Shown in pieces: positions 41,570-55,737 of a stretch of DNA of 64,000 bases. The translations under genes were made by a program, and so were the position numbers. Source of the DNA: Octopus vulgaris (lineage: Eukaryota); the NCBI GenBank assembly GCA_951406725.2, contig OX597815.1, positions 23,498,001-23,562,000 on the forward strand. Direction: 5' to 3'. The stretch's first letter is position 1. Each line of letters begins with the position of its first letter. A model generated the notes under the pieces. It was given only the letters and a program-made list of their open reading frames with translations. It searched no databases and was not told the origin of the DNA.

Positions 41570-41870
41570 TGTATATATATTTACATCTATGTATATATAT
41601 ACATATATATTTACATATACACACATTTATACATATATATACATATATTTACATACATATATATATTTACATATATGTATATCTATTTACATGCATATAT
41701 ATTTACATATATGTATATGTATTTACATGTATATGTATTTACATATATGTATATGTATTTACATGTATATATATTTACATGTATATATATTTACATATAT
41801 GTATATGTATTTACATGTATATATATATACTTACATATATGTATGCATATTTACATATATACATATTTAT
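41570..41870. repeat. AT-rich microsatellite-like array built on (tatatttacata) variants; a similar array lies at 40797-41030
   Basis: Low-complexity repeats seen directly. They produce the YI-rich ORFs in the track. Confidence 0.9.
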
Positions 41871-42575
41871 AGGAAGAAATATGAAAACATAGAAGGAGTG
41901 AAAATATTGGAGATTCAGTAGATATATATATATATATATATATATTGCTTTTGTTGTTTTTATTTTGTTTGTAAGATTGTTTATGTGAATTTATGTTTTG
42001 AAACATTTTTTATTGTGTCTGGGGAGTCATTTTCTTTTAGTGCCTTATTATTTAACACATTCGACATTTTGATTTCCACTCATTTACATATTTTTTTCTA
42101 AAATTTTCAATGCGTTTCACAACTTATGAGACCTGTGTTCTTTTTGTTTGTTTGTTTGTGCATATGTGTGTGCATTGGTGTACATTTGTATTCACATGTA
42201 TGTGTCTATGCATATATATATGTGTGTGTGTGTGTGTGTGCGTAGGATACAAAGAGCTTGTGACAAAGCAAACAAGGTGAACACATGGTACAAGACTGAC
42301 AGATATGAAGGAGTGATGTTTGTCGTAGCCACACCCCATGGAGAACTAGCTTGAAGGTTTAGGAAATCTCTGAAGGAAGCCAAACTCAACATTAAGATAG
42401 TTGAAAAGCCAGTGAGCTCCATCAGATCACAAATATGTAGGATGTACCCCTTTGAGAATACCACATGCACCAATGATAACTGCATTGTATACAAGACCAA
42501 CCTTGGCATTAACTGTAGAACTAGAAATGTAGTCTACAGCATAAGGTGCATAGAGGATGCTTGTAAAGAAAAGAA

Positions 42576-42769
42576 AAGGCGGCGAGCTGGCAGAAACGTT
42601 AGCACGCCGGGCGAAATGCGTAGCCGTTACATTCTGAGTTCAAATTCCGCCGAGGTCGACTTTGCCTTTCATCCTTTTGGGGTCGATTAAATAAGTACCA
42701 GTTACGCACTGGGGTCGATGTAATCGATTTAATCCGTTTGTCCATTCTGTGTTTAGCCCCTTGTGGGCA
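42576..42769 (+). mobile_element. SINE family A copy inserted in a Penelope endonuclease ORF
   Basis: Same consensus as 1613-1812. TSD gtaaagaaaagaa at 42563-42575 and 42770-42782. Confidence 0.85.
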
Positions 42770-43378
42770 GTAAAGAAAAGAACATGATATACATAGGCGA
42801 GACATCTAGAAGCATTGTAGAGAGACTAAATAAACATTTGAGACAATATGACAACAAAAAACAGTCCTCTATACTCTATCAACATGCCAACGACCAACAT
42901 GGAGGCACACTGGGTCAACTTGACATCTGCATTTTATCCAAGCACCTGAAGGTGCCCAATACTCAGACAAATACAGGAGTACGTCTTCATAAACAAAACA
43001 ACCCCAGTACTAAATAGGAAATATACGTAGAAGGTGGTCATACTCCAATACCCACAGTTTATATATACACAGGGAGATTTGATAGTAGGCTGTTGTGTAG
43101 ACGTGTGTATGTATGAATGTATGTATGTATGTATATGTAGGTAAATGGATATGCAAGTAAACAGATAAACAGATAGATAGGTACATAGGTAATATGGACA
43201 AGCACACACACACACACACATACATACATAAATGAAGATTGAAACATGACCAACCATACACACATACTCAAACATGCACACACACAAATACAAAAACATG
43301 AACGCACGAACATATGAATATGCAGAATACATACATACAAATGTACACGTGCATGCATATATATATATATATATATCA

Positions 43379-43670
43379 GGTGGCACGTAAAAAGCACCCA
43401 CTACACTCGTGGAGTGGTTGGCGTTAGGAAGGGCATCCAGCTGTAGAAACACTGCAAGATCAGACTGGAGCCTGGTGCAGCCCTGGCTTCCCAGACCCCG
43501 GTCGAACCGTCCAACCCGTGCTAGCACAGAAAACGGACGTTAAACGATGATGATGATGATCATCATCATCATCATGTTTAACGTCCGTTTTCCAAGCTGG
43601 CATGGATTAACCCTAGTCGAACCGTCCAACCATGCCAACATGGAAAACGAACGTTGAACGATGATGATGA
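43379..43670 (+). mobile_element. Retroposon family B copy followed by inverted and re-inverted tail fragments
   Basis: Body 43379-43560, a (gat)n/(cat)n junction, a reverse-oriented tail to about 43610, then a forward tail to about 43670. Confidence 0.8.
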
Positions 43671-43901
43671 TATATGCATACACAGACACACACACATGCA
43701 TACACACACATACATACATGTATGCATATGCACACACATACAAACAAACAAAAGGAATGCAGATCTGATAATGGCCAGAGTCAACGACTAATGAAAACGT
43801 TGCAAGACGCAATGAAAATTTTAGAAAAAAATAAATAAATGAGTGGAAATCAAACAGATACTAAAACAAAATGACTCTCGCCAGACACAATAATATATAT
43901 A

Positions 43902-45115
43902 TTGGCTCGTCCCATAAATAATGTGGCTTTTTTCAATTGCATGAACTAAATGTCAGAGGGGGATGGATAAACCACCAGCATCAACTTGCAATAAAAGCAG
44001 GTAGTAATTTTACCTTGTGCTTATTCTTAGTGCATGTTTTGAAGAGCGCAGTTTGATTTTATGTTACTTTTTCAAAGCTATAATGGCAGTGACAAAGGAG
44101 TATATTTGGCATTTTTTGCTTTGCAAATTCAATAAAGGCAACAATGCAACAGAAAGTGCGAGGAATATTAATGCAATATATGGGGTTAGGAAGGGCATCC
44201 AGCTGTAGAAACATTGGCGTTAGGAAGGGCATCCAGCTGTAGAAACATTGCCAGATTAGACTGGAGCCTGGTGCAGCCTTCTGGCTTCCCAGAACCCCGG
44301 TCGAACCGTCCAACCCATGCTAGCATGGAGAACGGACGTTAAACGATGATGATGATGATGATGGGGATCGGACAATAAACATAAACTAGTGTCAATGGTG
44401 ATTCCAGAAATTCTGAGCTGAAAACTACAGCCTAGAAGAAAAGCCTTGTCCCGGAAGATCTGTAGAGCTCAATGAGGACATCCTGCAAACCCTGGTGGAA
44501 CAAAATCCAATTGTAACTGTTGGGGAACTAACAGAGAACCTTGTATTTGGTCATTCAACCATTTATCGACGACTGCATGCCTTGAGAAAAGTCAGCAAAT
44601 TGGGTCAATCTGTTCCTCACAAACCTTCTGAATCTAATTGTGTGCAGAGAGTGAATGTGTGCTCTTCTTTGCTGTCACATCTCAGGAATGAAACTTTATG
44701 GACCGAATAGTGACTGGCAACAAGAACTGGATTCTCTATAAAAATGTCAAGTGCCAAAGACAGTGGGTAGGGAAAGGAGAAACACTGCCATCCAAAGCTA
44801 AAAAAGGTCTTCATCCACATACGGTGTTGTTATCTGTTTGGTGGGATATGAAATGTTTAGTCCACTTTGAACTTTTAAACCCAAACCAAACAATAACAAA
44901 GGAGATCTACTGTGAGCAGCTTAAGTCAGCATTGATAGAAAAACGACCATCTTTGGTTTCAAAACGAAAGGTGTTCTTCCATCAGGATAATACTTGGCCA
45001 CATACAGCAAGGATGACATTCCAAAGGCTGCAGCAGTTTGAATGGGAAATGATGCCCCACCCACCAAATTTGCTGGATATCGCCCCATTTGATTATCATT
45101 TATTCTGCAGTCTCA
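43902..45115 (+). mobile_element. Second decayed copy of the same mariner family, with left TIR, 3'-truncated and interrupted by a retroposon
   Basis: TA + ttggctcgtcccataaataatg resembles the reverse complement of the TIR ending at 957. Transposase fragments MAVTKEYIWHFLL..., DRIVTGNKNWILY, FFHQDNTWPH and HPPNLLDIAPFDYHLF. Colinear with 1-710. Confidence 0.9.
44186..44360 (+). mobile_element. Retroposon family B, 5'-truncated copy inserted into a mariner transposase
   Basis: Flanked by the atgggg duplication (44180-44185 and 44361-44366). The mariner sequence resumes afterwards. Confidence 0.85.
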
Positions 45116-45638
45116 TGATTTCTCCAAAAACTAATCATGATTTTCATAATTAACATGAAACGTACATACATGTAGACATTTTTAAAAAATAGAATTTGGT
45201 GTCTGAAACCAAAATGATCCAAAAGATTCTATCATGAGCAACTAACTAAATTAGAAATGGTAAACTCTGAACATCTCTGAAATTGTATCTTCCATGCACT
45301 GCCAGTATACTGTATGGATACATTCAGGCACTTAAAATCTCAAATCTTGAAAATAACTTTTAGAACAATCTAAGAGAGCAGAAAAAACAATGTTTCATCC
45401 TTATATGCCCAGTGTGAATATTAAGAAAGGGAAACAGAGTGACTAATGGTAAAAAGTTTTGGACATTTTATTTTTTTCTTTATACATTACAATTTACAAT
45501 GGCAATAAAAAAGAAAAACTACAAAGGCATTCCTCACATGAGGAAGTAAGTACTGCTATGTACCAAAATGTCAACAGATAGGTCACATGATATGCAGCTC
45601 TACACAAAAGTATGAAATGTCACAACTAACATGTTTAA

Positions 45639-45848
45639 CCCTTTCATTACCATATCTATTTTGAGATGTTCTGTGTTTCTTTCAATTACTTTAAATATAA
45701 CAAAGAATTTAGTAAATTAACTCAGTTATCATTCAACTAGTGTTAGGAACATAAATTGTGACTAAGGTTTGGTGGAAGATTTTAATTCAAAACTTATGAA
45801 AACAAGACATTTGTCCTCAGAGCCAGAGCCGGTTTGGTAACAAAAGGG
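45639..45848. mobile_element. piggyBac-type MITE, second family
   Basis: ttaa|ccctttcattacca ... tggtaacaaaaggg|ttaa. Confidence 0.75.
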
Positions 45849-47902
45849 TTAAGAACATTTGGAATCACTAGAATAGAAAATATTTTTTATTAATGAGAGA
45901 TTACTTCTTTTCATCCTTTCAACCAATAGTAATTCACTTACACAAGAGTTTATATTCACATTCATACATACATATCATACATATCTTGGGCATTTTTAAA
46001 CCTAGCAGAGCCCATCCTTCTCCAGGTATGGTCACAATCAAGTTCTTCCAGAGAGAGACACACACACAGGGAAAAGAGTGAAAGAAAAAGTTGGTCCCAG
46101 GATAGAACCATTTTATCAATATTTATTAAACCTGAAAGAACGAAAAGCAAAATTGACATTGGCAAGAACTGAACTCTGAATAACTGCAAAGCAATTAACT
46201 AGATATTCTAACAACCTTGCCAACTGGCCACCTTATATACACATATATAAACACACACACACTTTCTATTTCATTTTTCTCTTCATCAGGATACCTTTAT
46301 TCAAACAAAAAATATCAGTTATAATATTAATTATACCTAGAAAGGAGAAAAGCAGAGAGAGAGGGGTTTGCATATGTTCTGCAGTTTGAAAAGCAGAGGC
46401 ATGAAGTATTTGGATCGCTATGCAGTATACTAAAGTGAATTGAAATGTCATCAAGAAGTGTATGGAGTGACAATGGGACACTTGCTCTTACTGATGACAA
46501 AAGAGGCAAGGAAGAACTACTATAAAAGGCTTTTGACTATGGAGAATACCAGATGGAGAAAGAGAATCTACTGCAAGCAGAATCAACAGAAACCAGCCAT
46601 TCAAGTTGACAGCAGTGTGCTAGGTCAAGTGATTAAAAATAAACCAAAGAAGGCAAGTTCTTGGTCCATAAGGAAGTCACTGATAGTGTAGAGTACAGAA
46701 TAGTGACCCACATAATCAATCAAGTAGCACAAGATGGTATCATACTCAATATTGAGTATAGTGTCACTGTCAACGACTAAAAGTGTAAAGGAGATGCACA
46801 AAAGAGAAGTTATAAAGATATCAAATTGTTGGACCAAATTACAAATGTTGCAAAATGTGTTGCTGGTTAGAAAAAGAATTAGTCTATATGAGATGCTATC
46901 TTCCTAGAAAGACAGCCATAGAAATACTAAGCTAGGAATAAGCTACTGTGCCTTGTAGTCAGAGACCCTGCTTTCATCAGGCTTCCATGCTCAGTAATCT
47001 TACTTGTCACTAAGAAAGGTGTAGCTGGATAGTTTGTGAGGGCAGTAAAGGCCATGCACATAGGTACCACCAGCAGAAATGGGAGTCGGCAATAAGTACA
47101 ACTAATTTGTACAAGTAGAAGTCCATTAGAGCTCGTTTCTCATCCTATTTATCACAGGCTTCCTGACGATAACAGAAGTGCTAAATATAAAGGGTTCTCT
47201 CCCTCAGAAAGAAAGTAAGATTGTATGATACTTGTGTTTGAACTGCAATGTTGCATGATAGTGAGATGTGGGTCCCGAGAGCAAAGGATTTGCAAAGACA
47301 AGAATGAAACAAAACTAGCATGTTCTGCTACATGTGTATCATCAGTGTGCATGAATGAACAATAGGATACAAATGAGCTGAAACAAAATCTGGATATAAG
47401 AGAAATCACATGTACTCATGCACAAGCATGCAATGACAGTTATATAAAATGCAGGAGGGCTCAGAGTGGACAGAACCTATAAAAAAGAAAGGACCCAGGA
47501 AGAAATGGGATGAAGTGGCGAAGACTGATTTCAGAAAACTGATCCTCACAGAGCTGACAAAGGACTGAAATGATTGGCAACATGCAATGCTGGAGAAGAT
47601 CCGCACACCATTCAATCGTGTAAAATTAACATTAAAATCATTTAAAACTACTGCTAATGATGTGAGCTGGGAGACAATCTCCAACCAAATTGTTCTTAAC
47701 TCTACATCTGCTACTTTGCCTACCTCTTTGATACTCTTCTGCCTATCACATATCCTCACTTCTATCCACAATACTACAATGTTCTAACTAAAGATGGTAG
47801 CAGATTACCCTTGTAACATGCAGCCAGTGTAGCCAGGGACTGCACTGGTTTTGTCCAAGTGACCCATCTCTCTCACATTTACAATCTCCTATTCATTATA
47901 CC

Positions 47903-48135
47903 TATTTCTTTATTACCCACAAGGAGCCAAACATAGAGGGGACAAGCAAGGACAGACATAGGTATTAATTCGATTACATCGACCCCAGTGCGTAACTGGT
48001 ACTTAATTTATCGACCCCAAAAGGATGAAAGGTAAAGTCGACCTTGGCGGAATTTGAACTCAGAACGTAGCGCCAGACAAAATACCGCTAAGTATTTCAC
48101 CCGACGTGCTAACGATTCTGCCAGCTTGCCGCCTT
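47903..48135 (-). mobile_element. SINE family A copy
   Basis: Reverse complement of the family consensus. TSD attcattatacc. Confidence 0.85.
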
Positions 48136-51100
48136 AACCATTCATTATACCATAGCTCACCTATTCATTATACCATGCTGCCTGTGTAGTTAGACAAATT
48201 ATTGAAACTATCCACATTCAATCTCTCCTATTGTAATCCTCTATACTCTAGCAATGTTACCTCCATATAGCCGGTATCTGACGGGTTGCATCATATCTGT
48301 ACTTCACAGTTTTCTAGCTCTCAAAGCTTACCACTGTGTATCTCTATTGCTACTATCACTCTCTGTCTTTCCACAATAACATATACCTCGTACACTTTGT
48401 AAACATCATTATCATCACTTTTACAATCCACTTTTCCATGCTCACATGGGTTTTGTTGAGGCATATTTTCTACAGCCAGATGCCCTTCCTACCACCAACC
48501 CTCACTAAGGTAATATTTCCTCGTGGCCAAACATTTTTACATATAAGACTGGAAATGGGGAAATAAAGGGCACTACTTGTGATGGCCCCCTCCCCAAAAA
48601 TTTCAGGCCTTGTGCCTAGAGTAGAAAAGAATATACTAGTCCTTGGATGTCATCAGAAGAGTCCACTCTTGCACATGCATAGGGTCAACATTTCCTTTGC
48701 AAGCAGTAACCTACAGAAAGACATGGCATAAGTTACACAGACCTCATAGGCCTTGAGTGTATGTGTGTGTATACAAATACATACATACACAAAAGCCAAT
48801 GAGGAAACATCTATAGGGATTAAACAACATGGTTTATCTGGTAAGCCTGAGGAGTTGAGAGTTGCATAAACATTATGTAATCTTATGAATTTCGTGCATA
48901 CTGCATACCTGACTGTACTATGCTTATATCACAATGAAGTCTCTTAACAAAATAATTGCAACAATACCAGATAATTCATTCATCTGTTTTTATTATGTCT
49001 TTATGCCACTCTTAAAGTTCCAGTCATCATTGGATACTTTTGGATACTATTGCAGACGTAGATTACTTAACAACAATGAACATCCTTTTATCAACGCATT
49101 CCATGCTATGATAATATACTACTTAATGGTCTGTTTTGTATCATTCTGTCTAGCCAAATTGTGGCATGCTTCACTTTGATATGCCTTGATCCTCTATGGA
49201 TCCCCTACAATCAAAAAAAATATATGTCATCAATTTTATATCCATTTTTCCATACTTGCATGTGTTGGACAAGTCCTTACCAACACAGTGTCTTGTCATT
49301 TGTTGTGTTTGTTTTGTTTTGTTTTTTTTTCATGTCATTTCTTCTATAATGTTCAACAACCTGAGATCAGCTTCTATCACTTCTACCCATATCTTCCACT
49401 TCCCCAATTTCCTTTATTTGGCTAGCTTGTCACTTCTTTATTCAGTTGTTATCCTCCATATACATCACGCCTTTGTTGCACCCTACAACTGATTCCTCTA
49501 AAACCTGGTTTAGATCCCAGTTCTTCTCTACCACATCTCTGCATACTAACATTACACATTCATACACGTAGATGTTACATGATGATGATGATCATCATCA
49601 TCATTTAACATCTGCCTTCCATGCAGGTATGGGTTAGACGGTTTGACAGCAGCCAGCCAGGCAGGAGACTACCCCAGGTTACTGTGTCTGTTTTGGAAGG
49701 ATTTTTAAGGCAGGATGCCCTACCTAACACCAACCACTCCACAGACGGGATAGCGTTTTTTTATGTGGCACTAGCACAGGTAAGGTCAGTTTTGTCATGG
49801 TTTTTACAGCTGGATGCCCTTCCAAAAGCCAACCACTTTACAGAGTTGACTGGATGCTTTTTATGTGGCACCAGCAGAGTCACCAAGTAACTTGCAAGAC
49901 AAGGAATTTTGAGAGGAGAGAGGGCATTGGAGGAAGGGATCTTGTGTCAGAGGACAAAAGGTTCGAGTAAGACAGGGAAGCAGAAAAAAGGTACATGGTT
50001 ACCAAGCCAGAGAGAGAGTGAAGCGGGGGTAACAAGAAAAAGGACAGAAACAGATGTGCTGATGTAAAGGAGATACTTGGTTACCTAACCAGAGGGAAAA
50101 GCAAGAGAGTGATCAAGAATGAGGGCAGAAACAGGTGTGCAGCTGTAGAGGAGATAGATGGCTACCCAAACAGAGGGAAGAGCAAGGGAAAGAGAGAGGG
50201 TGGAAAACAGCAAAAGTGCAAGAGAGGAGAGAGATGATGGTTAAGTGTTAGGGTATACTCATAAGTAACAGGGATCAGAGCATAGATGGGATGGTAGAAT
50301 AAGGAAGAAAGAGATAAATGGCAGCAATTGCCAGAGCATGCCCTCAAGGTACAGAGGTCGTAATATACATGGCCAAGAAGGTGCAAGTAGGGAATGGGGA
50401 TTGAGGTGACTGGTGAAAACGTAGGTATAAAGATGGAGTGGAGGAAAGCAGCAATATAGTAAGTAGAGCAGTGAGGGCAGGGATGGGTACTGGGAGATAA
50501 TCATAGTGTATGAAGAGGAAATGTAAGGAAGAAAAAGATGCAGTTTAGAAGAGATGTAGTTAGATATATATTACAAATATATAATACAAACATTAGAGAG
50601 AGTGTGTGTGTGTGTACACAGACACACACACACAATAAAAAAATATGTTTATGTATTCATAGAGCAAAAAAGCCACACCCCAAACTACCAAATTCACTAG
50701 ACCATAAAAAAAGAGAATGTGTAGCCAACAAGACTAACCACCCAAACCACTATGCCATAAAAAGAAAAAAAAAACAAGAACAAGGCAAATGACCAAAAAT
50801 CAGCTTAATATCTGAATTCATATTCAAATTTGACCAATGGTAAAAACATTTCCCAAAATAACACAGGTTTTTGACAAGTTAAGTTTACAAAAATAAAAAG
50901 AGAATAACAAAAGCATGAAAAGAAAACAAAACATAAGCATGTAAACAACCAATAGAATGGTGAATATTTGAAAGAAATATGCCAACTTACAGCTTAAAGT
51001 CAGTAGAAACCGGTTACAAACAATTCCCTAATAGAAACAACAAAACAAAAGACCACCAGAGACCAAGCAATAGAAACAAGAGGTCTAAACTAAATAACAA

Positions 51101-54100
51101 ATCCATATGAATGGATATAAAAGAACAAATATTTTGAGTAATAACAGTTCTTGCCTAATGATGACTGTGCATGAAACTCATATTACAAGAGATTCAACTT
51201 AAATGTGTAGAGAATGTATTAAGTTATCTTTCCCTTATTCACTAACAAAAAGTTGTTTGAATATAGTGAAGCATTAAAATAGTAGAACGGAAGTTCAGGG
51301 GTATAGTATATCTACATTTGCGGCTCTTATCCAAAATGTATTGTAAAGTTCCTCTCCACTTTTCTCACATCTTTGATAACCTTGTAGCTATCTATAACTC
51401 ATCTGTCCCAGCCACAGTACCATGCTATCTATGTAACAAGGGATGGTAGTAGATCTCTTCTTTTTAGTAAGAATTTTTTAATCTTGTGGAACACAAAGCA
51501 ACTTTGCCAGTGCTAGGGCCTTGATAAAATTCACAATAAAGTGGGTGGTATTTGAATAGAATCCAGTCTTTCCTAACACCAACCATGTCAAAAATGGGGC
51601 ATACTAGTCAGAAGTATTCTTGTAAATCATCTTAGAAGGCCAGAATTAGAAGACTGAATTAGAACTGGTATGGACTGTGACATGGAAAGCAAATTTTAAA
51701 ATTCAATATGAAAGTAAAAACAAAATAGTTACAGCACAACTCATTAGGAAGAAAATTGATTTAGATGGGATGTAGTTCAGGTTAGTACAAAATAAAGCAC
51801 CATCAATGTCTTCTTCCTGGAGTGACAAATACAAGAGTAGTTCTCAGTTAATGACAAGCCACTATATCTTGCACTCTGTAATTTAGTGGTCACTAAGAAA
51901 ACCAAACGTAGATGTACGGCTTGTGAGAGCTGTGCAAGCCATGTAGAGAGGTTACCATCAGCAAGATAAAGAATTAGCAGGGAGTTCAGCAAAGTGTTTA
52001 GCATGAAGGTACACGAGACAATCTGGAGAGGGAAGATATTGAAACTGAAAGACCCCCACCCTCAACCAAATATACATTTAAAGAATGCATGACAGGAAGG
52101 AGCTAGAAATTTTTAATGTAGAGTACAACCAATAATTTCTCTGAGAGAACTTGCTGCAAATTAAAGAAAAAAAAAAACAGATCAATAGATGGAACATGTT
52201 TCCAGCCAAACTGAAGGTAACATGGCAGTGGACTGGTAGTGGTGATAGAGCCATAAAAGGTAACAGATGACCCCTGGGAGGTTTGATAGAAAGCGACGTT
52301 GCAATGAACAATATAAGACACCAAGAAAAAAGAGGCTTGAAAACACAGGTTCCTGGATGTGGAGAAAGGGACTAACCCATAAAGAGACTATAGGGGTATC
52401 CACTACAAAAGTTAACAGTACATTGTAGAAAGCAGAACTAAGCATACGAAGCAGAGTTAACAGCTGAACCATCAGAGATAGCATCTGAGATACTGGAAAT
52501 ATTTAGTGAAGTAAAGCACACAGTAACCTTTCAATACGCCCAATCAGATAGTACAGTGTAGTCAAAGGCAAAAATGACATTTAGAAAGAAGCAACTAGAG
52601 AAAAATCATATGGATGGGCAAAATAGGAAAAAGAATTACAGCAAAAACTACTTAGAAAAAGCATTAGCAGTACATGTGTGTATCAAGATGCAGTACATGT
52701 GTGTATCAAGAACGGGTATTACTGATGCCGTCTTTTAAGGGAGACAACTACAGAAGTTCTAAGCTCAGAGCAAGTTGAGCTAAGTTTTCAAAAGTGAGTC
52801 TATCAGAAAATTAGAGAAGAAAATGGAAACAAAACTTAGAATTGATAGGCTTTAAAGTAAGCCTGAGACAAAAGTTTTAGTTAGCAAAAACGAATGCAAA
52901 ACTCTGCCATCTAGAAAGTTTGATATACAGAAAAGGAGTAGATAGGTCAGCAGTTTTCAAGTGGTATCTCAGTGCAATGCAAAATCTTAAAAGTATAATT
53001 TAGGGCTTTAGACTAGTCATACCAATGCTTGGGTATTTTGAAAAATATGTTATTCATAATTTCGTTATACATAAGCATAATTAGTAAAACAAGCAATAGT
53101 TTTTCAATATTTAAAAAATTTTTAAACTTTAAAATATAATTTAAATTTTCAAGGTAAGAGCACCAATAACTTTATATCTGATACCTAATGAACCAGGATA
53201 TCAAAATGAGCAAGAACCACTGAGATCAAAGAGTACATCCTGTGTAAACTACAGGTACACAAGGAGTCAAACAAACAGAAAGGGAAGACATTGTAAAAAA
53301 GAAATTTCATTTAAATAAACAATGAGTACTCTTTTCCTCATTCATTATCAAAATGTAATGTTAGAATATACTGAAGCGCGTGTTATAACAATAAAAGTGA
53401 TGGAGGTTCATAGGCATAATACATCTACGTTAGGTCCACAAGATGTGTAGTAAGATCAAGGTAAGTTGACAAAAAAGAAAGACTTCAAATACAGTTGTTG
53501 CATAAAAGTTGTTAGCAGCCACGAAATAATTTGTTTTTGAAATGCTAACTAATGCTGTTAGTTTCTGTTATGTAGATGACCTAATTTGTAGTAGGGATGA
53601 CAGTTTGAAAAACATTGTAGACAGACAATGGAGTACAAAACGTTCAGGAAACTAATACCTATGTTAGCAAGAAAAGGATCTTCTTTCTGAGAAAAGGACA
53701 GGTTGTATAATGCTTATGTACAAAGTATGATGATGCATAGTAACAAAAAATTGGACACTGAACACAGAATGGGAACATTATGTAATTACTCCAGTGTGTA
53801 ATGAATGTCAGTGTGCGTGAACAAGAGAGACCAAATCAGTTGTGAGAAGCTGAATGTAAGAGGAATCAGAAGTAGAATGTCAGACATGGGGTTGTGCTGG
53901 ATTGGACATGTTATGTGTATGGTAGTTGATAGTGATAGGAATCTACAGAAGAGGAAAATCGAGAAAGTTATGTTAAGAAGTAAAGGTTGATCTCAAGAGG
54001 CTGAACCTCACAAAACATGACAAATGATTACAACAAGTAACTATGATCTAGCAAAGAAGCTCGTATGCAGCCTTCAGCCCTCAATAAGTTATAGCCAAAT

Positions 54101-54871
54101 TTTCCTCAAATACTAACCCAACATCTTTAAAAATGGTTAAATATACAGGACAAACTAATACAGAAAAAAAGACAAGATGATCACAGTGAGATATTCATGA
54201 ACAAAAATATCAAACAACTGGTAAACAACTCCCCTTCTTTCTTCAGACCACCTAATAATTATTACAATACACCTGCACATCCTAAAGAAAACAAAAACAC
54301 TTTTACAAACATCTCTCCACCAAAAAAAAAAAAAAAAAAAAAAAAAAAGAGTTAAGTTTCACCAAGATACAAAGTTTTTAGAATTTAAGAATACAACAAT
54401 CACTGACATAGACACTGCAGTACATACATTCATCAAAATTCTAAGCATGTGATATAAATATTCCACATGACAACATTAAAAAATACAAGCCCAATTAAAC
54501 AGCAGAAATGGCCAATTTCATGTAAACAAAGGATAACTTCAAACGACATACAGAAACTAATTATAACTTGAAATATAACTTGGTATCAAACTGCGAAACA
54601 GAGAGAAAAAAAAGCTTTAGATAAACAGGAAAAATGACATTCTAACATAAACCACAAAACAGTAAAACATTAAATAGTATAATTAGTATCAACAAAAACT
54701 ATAGCCACACCCCATGTCACTAGAACAACTTCAAATAACTTACACATAATGCAACACCAAGCAAACAAGAAAATAAATGTAACAAAAATGAAAGATCATC
54801 AAGACATCCAAAGTAGGAACACAGTTTAGTCAACAACACCTACAGTTCCTATCACTACATGAAAAACTACC

Positions 54872-55090
54872 TATTTCTTTACTACCCACAGAGAGGACAA
54901 ACAAGGACAGACAAACGGATTAAGTTGATTATATCGACCCCAGTGCGTAACTGGTACTTAATTTATCGACCCCGAAAGGATGAAAGGCAAAGTCAACCTC
55001 GGCGGGATTTGAACTCGGAATGTAACGACAGACGAAATACGGCTACGCATTTCACCCGACGTGCTAACGTTTCAGCCAGCTCGTCGCCTT
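54872..55090 (-). mobile_element. SINE family A copy
   Basis: Reverse complement of the family consensus. TSD acatgaa(a/g)aactacc. Confidence 0.85.
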
Positions 55091-55737
55091 TCACATGAAG
55101 AACTACCACCAAACATCAAGTCACATATACAAAACCCCAGAGCACTACTATAACATTCAAAAAAACACAACTCATATCCTACTGGAGAAGCATAAGAAGC
55201 ACATATTCACAGAAATGACTGCAGCAGCAATGGCTCAAAAGATCTGCAAACTTTGTGCCAAGTTGCAATAAGTGCAGAGGACAAAGAATTGTCATACTCT
55301 GAGTCAATTTTCCCATCTCTGCTGTAGTACATCAACAGATGGAGAGTAGAGATAGCACATGTTCAGATTGTCATATTGCAGCTCATATGATTTATCACAG
55401 CATATTGGAGAGTGGAATATAAATCTCATTTACACAAAGATGTGGTATAACTGAGAAGATTGATTTGCGGATTGTGTTTCATAATAATTTAATCATTATG
55501 TCTCAAATTTTTAGATGTTGTTTGTCATTGGTAGATGTGTTGTGGGGTAGCATGCGGTTAGAAATGGAATATGTGTATGCATCTTGGCTAATATTAATTA
55601 ATGTGTGAATGTTTTGTATAAAGAAGCTAAAACATCACAGAAATTAAACATATTTCATCTACATCTACTACAGAAAAAGCTATTCCACCAAGGTCGACTT
55701 TGCCTTTCATCCTTTCAGGGTCGATAAAATAAGTACC

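Larger units (their letters stand above)
42010..43893 (+). mobile_element. 5'-truncated Penelope-like element: GIY-YIG endonuclease at about 42245-43040, bounded by inverted terminal-repeat fragments
   Basis: NCRTRNVVYSIRC...YIGETSRSIVERLNKH...SILYQHANDQH once the SINE is removed. 42010-42123 is inversely similar to 43800-43893. Confidence 0.8.

Noticed and set aside
39287-43812. Many YI/CV-rich ORFs (for example 41388-41921 and 42934-43527)
   Set aside because: They are translations of (TA)n/(TG)n microsatellites and retroposon sequence.
44495-45153. Active or domesticated (SETMAR-like) transposase
   Set aside because: The ORF is frameshifted, interrupted by a retroposon and 3'-truncated, and the first catalytic Asp is altered (VTGN instead of TGD). 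No SET domain is present.
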